Assembly: GCA_963786805.1 (NCBI GenBank)
Contig: CAWBAK010000004.1
Coordinates: 30,037-94,036 of the forward strand
Length of the DNA: 64,000 bases
DNA from: an uncultured Actinomycetes bacterium
GTDB lineage: Bacteria > Actinomycetota > UBA4738 > HRBIN12
Direction: 5' to 3'
Shown here: positions 39,291-50,951 of the stretch, one piece after another
How the letters are laid out: the number at the start of each line of letters is the position of its first letter
How positions within the stretch are numbered: the stretch's first letter is position 1
The notes under the pieces: model-generated
Database searches by the model: none
Told to the model about the DNA's origin: nothing
What the model saw: the letters and a program-made list of their open reading frames with translations, nothing else
Program-made: the position numbers and the translations under genes

Positions 39291-41436
39291 TCAGTCGACG
39301 TCGTAGGTCAGGATCAGTCCCCTGCCCTCGCACTGCGGACAGGTTTCCGAGAACGCATCCAGCAGTCCACCAGAGACGCGCTTGCGCGTCACCTCCAGCA
39401 GGCCGAGCGGGCTGATGTCGAAGACCTGGCTCCGGGACTTGTCCTGGGCCAGGGCCTCCTTCATCGCGTCGATGACCTTGTCCTTGTTCTTATCCAAGAG
39501 CATGTCGATGAAGTCGATGACGATCATCCCACCGATGTCGCGGAGCCTCAGTTGGCGCGCGACCTCTCGAGCCGCCTCGATGTTGGTGTTCGCGACCGTC
39601 TCCTCCAGGTTCGTCTTGCCGACCGACTTGCCCGTGTTCACGTCGATGACCGTCATCGCCTCGGTCCGGTCGATCACGATGTGGCCGCCCGAGGGGAGCC
39701 AGACCTTGCGGTCCAGCCCCTTGTGGATCTGCTCGACGATGTTGAACTCCTCGAATACCGGCAGCTTGCCCTCGTGCAGACGAACCTTCGGGAGCAGGTC
39801 GGGCGCGATGTCGCGCAGGTAGTCGACGATCAACCGGAAGATCCTCGAGGAGTCCGTGACGAGCTCCCTGAACTCTTCGTCCGTGAACAGATCTCGAACG
39901 ACCCGGAGCGTGAGCTCGGGCTCCTCGTACACGCTGGCCGGCGCCTTCGCTCGCTTCGCGCGCTTCTCGATGCCCTCCCACTCGGCGACCAGGCGTTCCA
40001 GGTCGGCCGCGAGGGCCTCCTCGCTCGCGCCCTCGGCCGCGGTTCGCACGATCAGTCCGTGGGGACCAGGCTTGAGCTGTCGGTAGATCGTCTTCAGGCG
40101 CCGGCGTTCCTCGTCGGGCAGACGCCGGCTGATCCCGGTCACGTTCGAGTTCGGAGCAAGGACCAGGTATCGGCCCGGCAGGGAGATCTGCGCCGTGAGG
40201 CGTGCGCCCTTGCCGCCGATCGGGTCCTTCGTCACCTGCACGAGGACGGACTGCCCGCTCTTGAGGACGTGCTCGATGCGAGGAGGTGCGCCCTCGAGAT
40301 CCTCGAGCGACCAGTTGACCTCGCCCGCGTACAGGACCGCATTCCGGCCGCGGCCGACGTCGACGAACGCGGCTTCCATCCCGGGCAGCACGTTCTGCAC
40401 CCGCCCGAGGTAGACATTGCCCACCATCGAGTGGGAGCCCTGGCGGGTGACGTAATGCTGGACGAGGTCGCGTCCCTCGAGCACCGCGATCTGATCGCGA
40501 TCGCCGTGCTCCGTGATCACCATGAGCTTGTCGGTGACGCGCGCGACCATCGGCATGACGTCGCGGTGACGCCGGACCTGCCGGCTCTGGCGTTGCCGCT
40601 TGAGCCGGGTCGAGGTGGGGGCGGCCTCCTCGTCTTCCTTGACCTTCGCGCGGGTCGTCCTCGGCCTCGTTGCCGTGCCGGCCGCTTCCTTCGTGGACGT
40701 TCGCGAGCGTGAGCGCGTTGCCGTCGACTTGGCTCGCCGTGGCGTGGCGGCCTCCTCGGAGGCATCGGCCGATGCCGAGTCGGCGGTTTCCGCATCGGCG
40801 GCGGGCGGCTTCTTCGAACGGCCGCGTCCACCACGACTCCTGCGCCGGCGGGCGGTTGCGGGTCCGCCGTCCGCGACCGGTCGCGCCCTGAGCGCCGTCG
40901 CCATCCGAGGCTGCGGCGGCCGGAGCCTCCTCGGTCGAGATCGACTCCGCAGCGTCCATACCGGCGTCCGGTTCAGCGTCCGATGCAGCGGTCTTCGCGC
41001 CGTCCGTTCCGGCGGGCCTCGTGCCCGTTCCCGACGTGCGACCGCGGCCTCCCCGGCCGCGTCCGCCGCGACTGCGTCGCCGGCGGGCGGGAGAGGTCGT
41101 CGTTCCCGCTCCCGGCGAGTCGGAGGGCGCGTCCGCGTCCACGATCGTCGCCGTCGACACCCGTTCGGTCTCACCGGGTTGGCGATCGAGGTCCACCTCG
41201 GGTTGGCCGTCGCCCCCGGGTTCGGTTCCGGATCCTGCGGTCGCGGTGTCGGTGGCGGGCCTCGCGCTCGTCGAGCGGCCCCTGCCGCCCCTGCCGCGTC
41301 CGCCGCGACTGCGCCGGCGCCTCGCCGGTGTGGTTGCCGTCCCGGCGGTCTCGCCGGCCGGCCCCTCCGCCACGCTCGGCGTGGATCCCTCTTCGGTGTT
41401 CGTTCCGCCCTCGTGCCGGGCGAGCTCTTCGGTCAT
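39291..41436 (-). CDS. rne: Ribonuclease E/G-family endoribonuclease with Arg-rich N-terminal extension, 1-nt frameshift near 40872
   Basis: S1 domain (GNVYLGRVQNVLPGMEAAFVDVG) and catalytic core in ORF 39291..41174. N-terminal 190 aa (MTEELARHEGG..., two ARRRRSRGGRGRGGRGR repeats) in ORF 39490..41796. A third repeat (ARRRRSRGGRGRSKK) follows the junction. GAAGGGAG lies upstream of ATG 41436. Confidence 0.8.
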
Positions 41437-41976
41437 CCGTGCTCCCTTCGACTCCGTGGAGGAGGCGGGGATGCCGGTAGGCGGCGGTCCTCGGGGGTTC
41501 GGGTCGCCGCGGTCGAGTGGTCCAGCGAGCGAGCGAGCAGCCGGCGTCGAGCAGCCGGCGCGTGATCGTCGTGGATGTCCTCGATGCGCGGGAGCGCGGC
41601 GACCTGGTCGCCCGGCTCCTGCGGCGCTTCGTTGCGCACGCGAAAAACCCTTTTCCCGGCGGGCCGCCCGGCCGCGGCTCGCCGGGATCACCCGGGGCCG
41701 GCGTGGCCGGGGCCTCGCCTTCCTCATACCTCGCCGGGCGGACCCGCAGCCACAGTGGCCGCGCGCCCGGCGGGAAACCTGGCTACAGGATAGCAACCAG
41801 GGGACCGGACCCGGGGACGTCGCCCCGGGACCGGCCCCAAGGATCCGGAAAGATGGTCATCTCAGGCGCGGAGAACTAGTCCTTCCCGGCTAGCCGGCTG
41901 TCGGCCCGGCGGCCGGGTGAAACGGGCGGGCGCCTGATACCCCTGTTGACCTGGGGCTGCGACTATTCGGACAACT

Positions 41977-43143
41977 ATGGAGCGGGCGGTCCTTCCCCAC
42001 CTCGACACTGACGTGCGCCGCATCCGCGTGCTGGTCGTCGACGACAACTCCGGTTTCCGGGAATCGCTGCTGTCTCTGCTCGACGCGGGGAACTTCACCG
42101 TGATCGGCGAGGCGGAGTCGGGCAGCCGGGCGCTCGACCTCGTCGCAGAGCTGCAGCCGGACGTCGTGCTCATGGACGTGCGGATGCCCGAGATGGACGG
42201 CATCGAGGCCACGCGCCTGCTCAAGGAGCGGTACCCCTCGCTGGGCGTGGTCGCGCTCTCGGGGCACGAGGACCAGGCGATCGTGCGCGAGATGCTCGTG
42301 GCCGGCGCCTCCGGCTACGTGCTGAAGGACTCCGACGGAGACGACATCCTCCACGCCGTCATGAAAGCCGCCGAGGGAGGGGCCGTGCTCAGCCCTGAGG
42401 TGACCCCACGGGTGATCGGGGACCTCACGGAAGCGCTCGACCGCGAGCGCCGTCGCGGCCGCGAGCTCGAGGCGGCGCAGGAGGCCCTCGTCGAGCGGGC
42501 GGCACGAAGGCACGACCTGGTCGCCCGCCTGTCCCACGAGCTCCGCACCCCCGTCACCGTGATCCTCGGGGTGGCGCAGACCCTCGCCAAGGGGAACCTC
42601 ACCGAGGCACAAGGGAAGGACCTGCTCGAGCGGCTCGTCGCGCGATCGCAGGACCTGTCGCGGCTCGTCGCGCGCTTCGAGGTCACGATCGACGCCGCGC
42701 TCACCGAGCGTGTGGACATCGCCGAGGTCGCTCGCACCGTCGCCGACGACAAGCCGCGGATGAGCGTCGAGGCCGAAGGATGGATCCCGCAGGCGCACGT
42801 GAACAAAGCCGTCGCCCGCCGCGTGGTGGAGGAGCTGGTGGACAACGCCATCCGCTTCTCGCCGGACGGCTCCCCCGTCGAGGTCCGCATCTCGCTCGGC
42901 GAGGGCGTCATCGAGGTTCGGGTGAGCGACCGAGGTGGGGGCATCTCCGATCACGAGAGCGAACGGATCTTCGGCCCGCTCGAGCAGCTCGAGGAGCTGA
43001 ACATCCGGGTGCATCAGGGGACCGGGATGGGACTCGCGCTCTCCCGCACCGCGGCGCGCGCGATGGATGGAGACGTGGTGCTCGAGAAGTCCGGCCCAGA
43101 GGGTTCGACCTTCCTGTGGACGATCGCCCTCGAGGTGGACTGA
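41977..43143 (+). CDS. Hybrid response-regulator receiver / histidine kinase (REC-HisKA-HATPase_c), soluble
   Basis: REC domain (VLVVDDN, VLMDVRMPEMDG, GYVLKD), then H-box LSHELRTPVTVI and ATPase N/G boxes (LVDNAIRF, DRGGGI, GTGMGL). No TM segment. Confidence 0.8.
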   Translation: MERAVLPHLDTDVRRIRVLVVDDNSGFRESLLSLLDAGNFTVIGEAESGSRALDLVAELQPDVVLMDVRMPEMDGIEATRLLKERYPSLGVVALSGHEDQAIVREMLVAGASGYVLKDSDGDDILHAVMKAAEGGAVLSPEVTPRVIGDLTEALDRERRRGRELEAAQEALVERAARRHDLVARLSHELRTPVTVILGVAQTLAKGNLTEAQGKDLLERLVARSQDLSRLVARFEVTIDAALTERVDIAEVARTVADDKPRMSVEAEGWIPQAHVNKAVARRVVEELVDNAIRFSPDGSPVEVRISLGEGVIEVRVSDRGGGISDHESERIFGPLEQLEELNIRVHQGTGMGLALSRTAARAMDGDVVLEKSGPEGSTFLWTIALEVD

Positions 43144-43172
43144 CACCGGACCGGCCCGGCCGGCGGATGCGC

Positions 43173-44309
43173 TCAGGCGAATCGGCGCATGTGCACGTTC
43201 AGCAAGATCCCCACGGCCGCGCAGTTGATCAACAGCGAGCTCCCGCCGTAGGAGACGAACGGTAACGGGATGCCCGTGATCGGCATGATCCCGATCGCCA
43301 TCCCGACGTTCACGAAGATCTGCAGGGCCAGCATCGACGCGATCCCCGCCGCGAGATAGGTCCCGAACGCGTCCTTCGAGATCATCGCGATCCGGAATGC
43401 TCTCCAGACCACGATGCCGAACAAGCCGAGCAGCGCCATCGCCCCGAAGAACCCGAACTCCTCGCCGACGACGGTGAAGATGAAGTCGGTGTGCTGCTCG
43501 GGCACGAAGTCCAGGTTCGTCTGCGGCCCGTTGAGGTAGCCACGTCCGAACAAGCCCCCGGACCCGATCGCGATCTCCGCCTGATCCCGGTTGTACACGG
43601 CGGCTGCGTCCGCGTTGTCGGAGTCCAGGAACGCCTGCAGACGCTGCAGCTGGTACTCCTTCACCAAACCGACCTGGAACCCCGCGAAGATCAGCAGGAT
43701 CGCCGTCAGGGCGAGGACCCCGAGGTACCGCGGCCGCGTCCCGGCGACCACGAGGATGCCGAAGAGGATCGCGACGAAGACGATCGACGTGCCGAGGTCG
43801 GGCTGCAGGAAGACGAGCACCCCTGGGATCGCGGCGAGCCCCGCGGCGCGGAACATGTCCGGCAGGGTGAGGTCGGATCGCACCTCCGATAGGAACGCCG
43901 CCAGCATGCAGATCAGGGCGATCTTGGCGATCTCGGAGGGGGCGAGCTGGAACCCGAAGAGCTCGAACCACCGCTGCGAGCCCTTGACGGTCGTTCCGAG
44001 CGGAGTCCGCACGAGAACCAGCAGCACCAACGAGGACACGTAGATCAGGCCGGCGTAGACGCGCAGGAGCCGGTAGTCGAAGCTCGCCGCCACGAGCACC
44101 ACGATGGTTCCCAAGCCGAGGAACGCGATCTGGCGCTTCACGAAGCGGCCCGGATCCAGTCGGACGGCGGAGAGGGATTGGTGGGTCGCCGAGTAGATCG
44201 CGAACAGGCCGACGATCGCGAGGGCGATGATCGCAAGGAGCAACACGGGATCGATGTTCCGGATCGCGCGGCGTTCGAACGGATGGACGCGGCCGGCGAC
44301 GAGGTCCAT
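43173..44309 (-). CDS. rodA: SEDS-family peptidoglycan glycosyltransferase RodA
   Basis: FtsW/RodA/SpoVE-like polytopic protein from MDLVAGRVHPF. ATG overlaps the mrdA stop (ATGA). Confidence 0.85.
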   Translation of the reverse strand: MDLVAGRVHPFERRAIRNIDPVLLLAIIALAIVGLFAIYSATHQSLSAVRLDPGRFVKRQIAFLGLGTIVVLVAASFDYRLLRVYAGLIYVSSLVLLVLVRTPLGTTVKGSQRWFELFGFQLAPSEIAKIALICMLAAFLSEVRSDLTLPDMFRAAGLAAIPGVLVFLQPDLGTSIVFVAILFGILVVAGTRPRYLGVLALTAILLIFAGFQVGLVKEYQLQRLQAFLDSDNADAAAVYNRDQAEIAIGSGGLFGRGYLNGPQTNLDFVPEQHTDFIFTVVGEEFGFFGAMALLGLFGIVVWRAFRIAMISKDAFGTYLAAGIASMLALQIFVNVGMAIGIMPITGIPLPFVSYGGSSLLINCAAVGILLNVHMRRFA

Positions 44310-46303
44310 CAGTCCGTCGCCTCCACGTCGGTGAACTGAGAGAACTCCAACCCGTACAGCCCTTCGATGATGTGCCGGGCGATCGGCGCCGCGGTCGTCG
44401 AGCCGTGACCGGCCTGTTCGACGAGGACGACGATCACGTGCCGCTCCCCCTGCGACTCGACCATCGCGGCGAACCACGAGTAGTCCTGCTTCGGGTCGAC
44501 CTCGGCCGTTCCGGTCTTGCCGGCGAGCCACACCTGCTCGAAGGGGAATCCGGCGAACGCGCCCCCCGCCGTGCCGCCCGGTCGCACGACCCCGGTGAGG
44601 GCCTCACGGACGTACTCGACGTCGGCGAGGTCGAACGGCAGCCGGCGGTCGCACCGCGGCTGGTACGAGCGGACCGCCTGGCCGTCGGAGTCGATGACCC
44701 GGTCGAGCACGTGCGGCGTGCAAACGCGGCCTTCCTCGTTCATCAGGCCCGAATACGCGGTCGCCATCTGGAGCGGCGTGACGAGCGTGTCGCCCTGCCC
44801 GATCGTCATGTTGACGAAGTCGCCGGGGAACCAGTCGCCGTCGGGGAACGCATCCGGGTTCGCCCGGTGGATGTCGCGCTTCCACTCCGCCGTCGGAACC
44901 CGGCCCTCGTGCTCGAACGGAAGATCGATGTTGGTCTCGCGGCCGAACCCGATCCCCGTCAGGTCCTTCTGGAGGGGCTCGCGCGCATGCAAGTCGTCGT
45001 TCCCTTCCACCCCGTCGGCCCACGGCGGAGGGTAGAACAGCCTCCAGTACTCGTAGCCCATCGGGTAGAAGACGGTGTCGCAGGACTTGGCGAGCGCGCC
45101 GGCCATGTTCATGAAGCCGAGGTTCGCGCTCGTCCAGTTGTGGAACTCGTACCGGATGGCCGCGGGATCGTCCTCATCGAACGGGGTTGTCCACACGGGG
45201 GGGCACCCGTAGGAGTCGGTCGCCGTGACGATCGGCTCGCGCGAGCCTTCCCTTGCACGCTTCAACCCCGAGAGCGCGATCCACGGCTTGTAGGTGGATC
45301 CCGGCGGGTACTGCCCCTGCATCGCGCGGTTGAGCAACGGATAGGCGTTCGAGGCGCCGTATCGGCGCTCGAGCTCGCTCTCGGTCCTTCGCTCAGAGAA
45401 CGCGGCCGGCTGGAACCCCGGATAGGAAACCATCGCCTCGATCCCACCGTCGTCGGGGTTCATGACGACCACGGCACCGGCGTTGGCGGTGAAGGCTCGG
45501 CCGAAGTTCGGGTCCAAGACCGTTCGCGCGTGGCGGATCCCCAGCCGGAGGCTCTCCTCGGCGAGGGTCTGCGTGTCGGCGTCGAGGGTCAGGTAGACGT
45601 CGTTGCCCATCTCCCAGTCCTGACGGCCGATCTGTCCGAGGTTCTCGTCGAGCGAGTTCACGCGGTATTTCACGATGCCGTCGGTCCCGACGAGCTCGTG
45701 CTCGAAGACGGCCTCCGCGCCGGTCACGCCGACCTGGTCCCCCGCCCGATAGCTCGCGAACTCGGGTGAGGCCAGCTTCTCCTTCGAGACCTCGCCGAGG
45801 TAGCCGAGCACGTGGGCGCCGGCGGACCCGAGCGGATAGGTGCGGACCGGGAGCTCGACGATGTCGACTCCAGGGAAGTAGTCGTCGCCGCGTTCCTTCA
45901 CGTAGTAGTACACGCGCTCGGGGATGTCGATCGCGACGGGGACCGGGGTGAAGTCTGAGTAGTCGGGGTCGTCCATCCGCTCGCCGAGCTCCAGGGCGGA
46001 GACACCGAGCAGCTGCGAGAGCTGGTACAGCACGTCCTCTCGGTCCTCGGCGACCTCCTCCCGGTTGATCGTGAGGACGAGCGAGGTCCGATTGTCCACC
46101 AGAGCCTCGCCCGAGGCGTCCCTGATCACGCCCCGTGGCGCCGGAAGGGACAGGAGCCGGACGGCGTTGCCCTCGGCCTCTTTCCGTAGATCCTCGGCGG
46201 CGAGCACCTGGAGGAACCACAGCCTCGTGGTCAGCGCGGCGAACATCGCCACCACGAGGGCCGCCAGGATCTTCAGCCGTGTGCCCGCTCGGATGTCGTT
46301 CAC
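44309..46303 (-). CDS. mrdA: Penicillin-binding protein 2 (elongasome transpeptidase)
   Basis: 664 aa. N-terminal TM, PBP dimerisation domain, transpeptidase with STYKP (SxxK). Sits between mreD and rodA. Confidence 0.9.
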   Translation of the reverse strand: MNDIRAGTRLKILAALVVAMFAALTTRLWFLQVLAAEDLRKEAEGNAVRLLSLPAPRGVIRDASGEALVDNRTSLVLTINREEVAEDREDVLYQLSQLLGVSALELGERMDDPDYSDFTPVPVAIDIPERVYYYVKERGDDYFPGVDIVELPVRTYPLGSAGAHVLGYLGEVSKEKLASPEFASYRAGDQVGVTGAEAVFEHELVGTDGIVKYRVNSLDENLGQIGRQDWEMGNDVYLTLDADTQTLAEESLRLGIRHARTVLDPNFGRAFTANAGAVVVMNPDDGGIEAMVSYPGFQPAAFSERRTESELERRYGASNAYPLLNRAMQGQYPPGSTYKPWIALSGLKRAREGSREPIVTATDSYGCPPVWTTPFDEDDPAAIRYEFHNWTSANLGFMNMAGALAKSCDTVFYPMGYEYWRLFYPPPWADGVEGNDDLHAREPLQKDLTGIGFGRETNIDLPFEHEGRVPTAEWKRDIHRANPDAFPDGDWFPGDFVNMTIGQGDTLVTPLQMATAYSGLMNEEGRVCTPHVLDRVIDSDGQAVRSYQPRCDRRLPFDLADVEYVREALTGVVRPGGTAGGAFAGFPFEQVWLAGKTGTAEVDPKQDYSWFAAMVESQGERHVIVVLVEQAGHGSTTAAPIARHIIEGLYGLEFSQFTDVEATD

Positions 46304-46310
46304 TCGGGCC

Positions 46311-46817
46311 TCACCACCGGATCACCCGGTGCGACCGCGAGCCCTCGGCCGCGCGCCGCAAGATCGGGAACACCAGCGGTGTGAGGACGGCGTTGTAGAT
46401 CGCCGAGAGCGCGGCCACGCGGAAGAGGTAGGGCCACGTCGTGTCGAGCTGGCCGAGCAGGAACGACACGATCCCGTAGAACAGGACACCCCCGAACGTC
46501 CCTCCGGCGACCAGAACCACGGGCAGCACGGGTGAGGGGCTCACGATGTACTGGCGGAGCATGCCGATCGCGTAGCCGAGCAGCGTCAGGGTGAGCGCGG
46601 TGATGCCCTTGGGCTGGTTCAGGAGGAAGTCCTGCGCCATGCCGCCGATGAACCCGGTCGCCGCACCCGAGGCCGGCCCCTCGAGCGACGCGAAGGCGAT
46701 CGTGAGCAGGAACATCAGCTCGGGCTTGGCCCCCAGGAGCGTGACGTTCGCGAAGACCGTGGTCTGCAGCAGGAGAGCCGTGACCACGACCACGGCGAGA
46801 AGGATCGTGCGGCGCAC
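46311..46817 (-). CDS. mreD: Rod shape-determining protein MreD
   Basis: 168-aa polytopic membrane protein immediately downstream of mreC. Confidence 0.8.
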   Translation of the reverse strand: MRRTILLAVVVVTALLLQTTVFANVTLLGAKPELMFLLTIAFASLEGPASGAATGFIGGMAQDFLLNQPKGITALTLTLLGYAIGMLRQYIVSPSPVLPVVLVAGGTFGGVLFYGIVSFLLGQLDTTWPYLFRVAALSAIYNAVLTPLVFPILRRAAEGSRSHRVIRW

Positions 46818-46825
46818 GGGTCAGG

Positions 46826-47680
46826 CTATCCAGACCCACTCGAGAGCACCACCAGCACCACGCTGAGCGTGGAGAAATCGACGGCCGGACGGACGGTCAC
46901 GAACTTCTCGAGCGCGCTGTCGTCCGAGAGCACCCGGGACACGGTTCCGATGAGGACGTTCGGCGGATACAGGCTCTCGGCGACCCCACCGAAGCGATAG
47001 CCGGCCGTCACCACGCGCTCGTCGGGAAGGACCTGGATATCCGCCTCCACCTGGCTCATCCGGAGATCGCCGTCGCCCTCGCCCTCGAGCAGCCCGGTCT
47101 CGCCCGACCCGTCGAGCCTGCCGGCGACGAAGGACTCGGGGTCGATGATCAACTGGACGATCGACGAGCTCGGCGTCACGCGAACGACGTGACCGACCAG
47201 ACCGGCGGCCGCGACCACCGGCATCTCGTCCGCGATGCCGTCCGAGGAGCCCTTGTCGATCGTGATCGTCCATTCGAAGTTCGACACGCCGTTCGCGATG
47301 ACCTGGGCCGCGGTGGTCTCGACCCGCGCGCTGAAGCTCTGTTGCAGCTCGAGCAGCGCCTCGACCTCGTTCAGTCGCGTTCGGTCCGAGGTCGTCGTCG
47401 CGACCTGCTCCTCAAGCACGGCAACGCGGCTCTCCAACTCTTCCTTCTCGCGGCGGATCGCAGGGAGGCGAACGAGCGTGGAGAAGAAGTTGCCGATCGG
47501 GTCGGTGACCTTCGACACCGCCTCCTGCAACGGCGCGATCGCCGCGATGGCGGTATCTCCCGCAGCGGCGAGCGCCCCGGAGTCGCCCTGGCGATAGTCG
47601 ACGGTGATGGTGATCAGCGAGGCCGAGACGAGGGTGACGACCAGGAGTCGGGTGCTCCGCGCGCGGCTCCGCAGGGCCAC
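46826..47680 (-). CDS. mreC: Rod shape-determining protein MreC
   Basis: N-terminal TM, coiled-coil region, C-terminal beta domain. Position between mreB and mreD. Confidence 0.85.
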   Translation of the reverse strand: MALRSRARSTRLLVVTLVSASLITITVDYRQGDSGALAAAGDTAIAAIAPLQEAVSKVTDPIGNFFSTLVRLPAIRREKEELESRVAVLEEQVATTTSDRTRLNEVEALLELQQSFSARVETTAAQVIANGVSNFEWTITIDKGSSDGIADEMPVVAAAGLVGHVVRVTPSSSIVQLIIDPESFVAGRLDGSGETGLLEGEGDGDLRMSQVEADIQVLPDERVVTAGYRFGGVAESLYPPNVLIGTVSRVLSDDSALEKFVTVRPAVDFSTLSVVLVVLSSGSG

Positions 47681-47687
47681 CGGCGGG

Positions 47688-48776
<1,089 letters not shown>

Positions 48777-48923
48777 AGGTTCGGGGCCTTTGTACATGCA
48801 GCCCGAGTACGGCGGCAACTCTCGACGGTCGGTCGAGGCAACCTGAGGGTTCACGTTGCCCATGACCTGCGGTTTCACTACGCCTCGACCCTCGCAGTAG
48901 GGTTCGTCGACCGATGATCGAAT

Positions 48924-49850
48924 GTGACTGAGTTGAGCGCTGCTGTCGTGTTCCCGGGTCAAGGTTCACAGTTCGCCGGCATGGCGGACGCGTGGGCCAC
49001 GCATCCGGCCTCCGAAGCGGTGCTCGAAGAGGCATCGGCGGCCCTGCACCGCGACATCGCCGAGGGATCGCGCGACGAGGCCGCCCTCGCGACGACCGAG
49101 TTCGTCCAACCCGCGATCCTCGCGCTCGACGTTGCCGCGTTCCGGGTCCTGCGAGACGAAGGAGCGACCTTCTCCGGCGCCGCCGGACACTCCCTCGGCG
49201 AGTTCGCGGCGCTCGTCGCTACCGAGGTGCTGGACCTTACCGCCGCGATCGAGATCGTCATCGTCCGGGGCCGGGCGATGCAGGAAGCAGGCGAACGCCG
49301 GCCCGGCACGATGACGGCGCTCCTCGGCGTGGGACCGGAGGACGCCGCCGCGATGTGCGACGAGGTGCGGGGCGACGACGTGCTGATGGTGGCGAACGAG
49401 AACTCGCCGCAACAGGTCGTGTTGAGTGGGAGCGTTCCCGCGATCGAGCGCGCCGAGGCGCTCGCCGCCGAGCGGAAGATCCGCGCCGTTCGGCTCAAGG
49501 TTGCCGGAGCGTTCCACTCGCCGTTGATGGAGCCGGCGGTCGAGCCGCTGAGCGCCGCGATCGACACGTTCGCGTTCGGTCCGCCGCGGTTCCCGATCGC
49601 GAGCAACGTCACCGGCGAGCTGGTGGACGATCCCGAAGAGCTCCGCGCGCTGCTGAAACGTCACGTGATCTCACCGGTCCGCTGGGCGAGGTCGGCCGGG
49701 GCGTTGCAGGAAGCGGGAGCGGACGTGTTCGTGGAGGCCGGCCCCGGCGACGTGCTGACCAAGCTGGCGAAGCGCGTCGTCCCGGGTGCCCGGGCGGTGG
49801 CCGTAGGCACGCCCGAGGACGCCGCAACGGTCGCCTCGAGCCTGTCCTGA
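48924..49850 (+). CDS. fabD: Malonyl CoA-ACP transacylase
   Basis: FPGQGSQ and GHSLGE active-site motifs, 308 aa, GTG start. Confidence 0.9.
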   Translation: MTELSAAVVFPGQGSQFAGMADAWATHPASEAVLEEASAALHRDIAEGSRDEAALATTEFVQPAILALDVAAFRVLRDEGATFSGAAGHSLGEFAALVATEVLDLTAAIEIVIVRGRAMQEAGERRPGTMTALLGVGPEDAAAMCDEVRGDDVLMVANENSPQQVVLSGSVPAIERAEALAAERKIRAVRLKVAGAFHSPLMEPAVEPLSAAIDTFAFGPPRFPIASNVTGELVDDPEELRALLKRHVISPVRWARSAGALQEAGADVFVEAGPGDVLTKLAKRVVPGARAVAVGTPEDAATVASSLS

Positions 49851-49944
49851 CACTCGGAGGGCGCGGGAGAGCGTTCGGCCCCTGTTCCGGGCGATATCCT
49901 CGGCTTCTGGTGGGTGGCGCAGGCAACCCACCCAGGAGGGGTCC

Positions 49945-50951
49945 ATGACGGGGCAGCGCTACGCGACCGTGGTCGGCTTGGGTTCGGTCCTGCCGGAGCG
50001 GGTCGTGACGAACGCCGAGTTCGAGAAGCTCGTCGACACGAGCGACGAGTGGATCCGCGAGCGCACGGGGATCCGCGAGCGCCACATCGCCGCGCCGGGC
50101 GAGACCACCTCCGATCTCGCGGTCGAGGCCGCGCGGAACGCCCTCGATGCCGCCGGGATCGCTCCCGAGCAGCTCGACCTGATCGTGTGCGCCACCCTGA
50201 CATCCGGACACGCCGATCCCCTCCGCGGCCGTATGGGTGCAGCGCAAGCTCGGCATCGGCGCGCCGGCCTTCGACGTGAACGCCGCGTGCGCGGGCTTCT
50301 CGTACGCGCTCTCCACGGGGACGGCGTTCATCGAGTCGGGACAGGCCGAGACGGTCCTGGTGATCGGCGCGGAGGTCCTCTCGAGCGTGATGGACTACAC
50401 GGACCGCACGCACGTGCATCCTGTTCGGCGACGGCGCGGGCGCGGTCGTGCTTCGCCCCTCGGAGTCGCCGGGCGTCCTCGGGTCGGTGCTCGGCGCCGA
50501 CGGGCGCGCGGCGGAGATCTTGATCATCCCGGCGGGCGGCTCCGCCCGGCCGGCCTCGCACGAGACCGTGGATGCCAGGGACCACGCGATCCGGATGCCG
50601 AACGGCCGCGAGGTCTTCAAACGCGCGGTCGTCGAGATGACGAACGCCTGCCGCGAGCTCCTGGAGAAGTCGGGGTACACGCCCGAGGACGTCGACGTCC
50701 TGATCCCCCACCAGGCGAACGCCCGGATCCTGATCGCGGTGGCCGAGCGGCTCGGGGTCCCGCTCGAGAAGGCCGTCGTGGACGTCGAAACCGTCGGCAA
50801 CACCTCGGCGGCGTCGATCCCGATCGCCCTGGACCGCGCCTGGCGGGCGGGACGGGTCAAGGTGGGCGACCTCGTCCTCCTGACGTCGTTCGGAGCAGGA
50901 CTCGCGTGGGGCGCGAACCTCATCCGGTGGACGGGACCGGCCTCGCCGTGA
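49945..50951 (+). CDS. fabH: 3-oxoacyl-ACP synthase III, interrupted by two 1-nt insertions (about 50203 and 50411)
   Basis: Three consecutive frames: 49945.. (MTGQRYATVVGLGSVLPERVVTN...), 50237.. (APAFDVNAACAGFSYAL), 50448.. (HQANARI, GNTSAAS). Removing t50203 and c50411 gives a continuous FabH sequence (...ATLTPDTPIPSAAVWVQRKLG..., ...DRTTCILFGDGAGAVVLRPSE...). Confidence 0.85.

Noticed and set aside
41517-41879. 120-aa ORF (and overlapping ORFs) in the rne upstream spacer as a possible small gene
   Set aside because: The composition is Pro/Gly/Arg/Ser-rich and low-complexity. There is no Shine-Dalgarno sequence and all three frames are open. More likely this is non-coding leader or promoter DNA.
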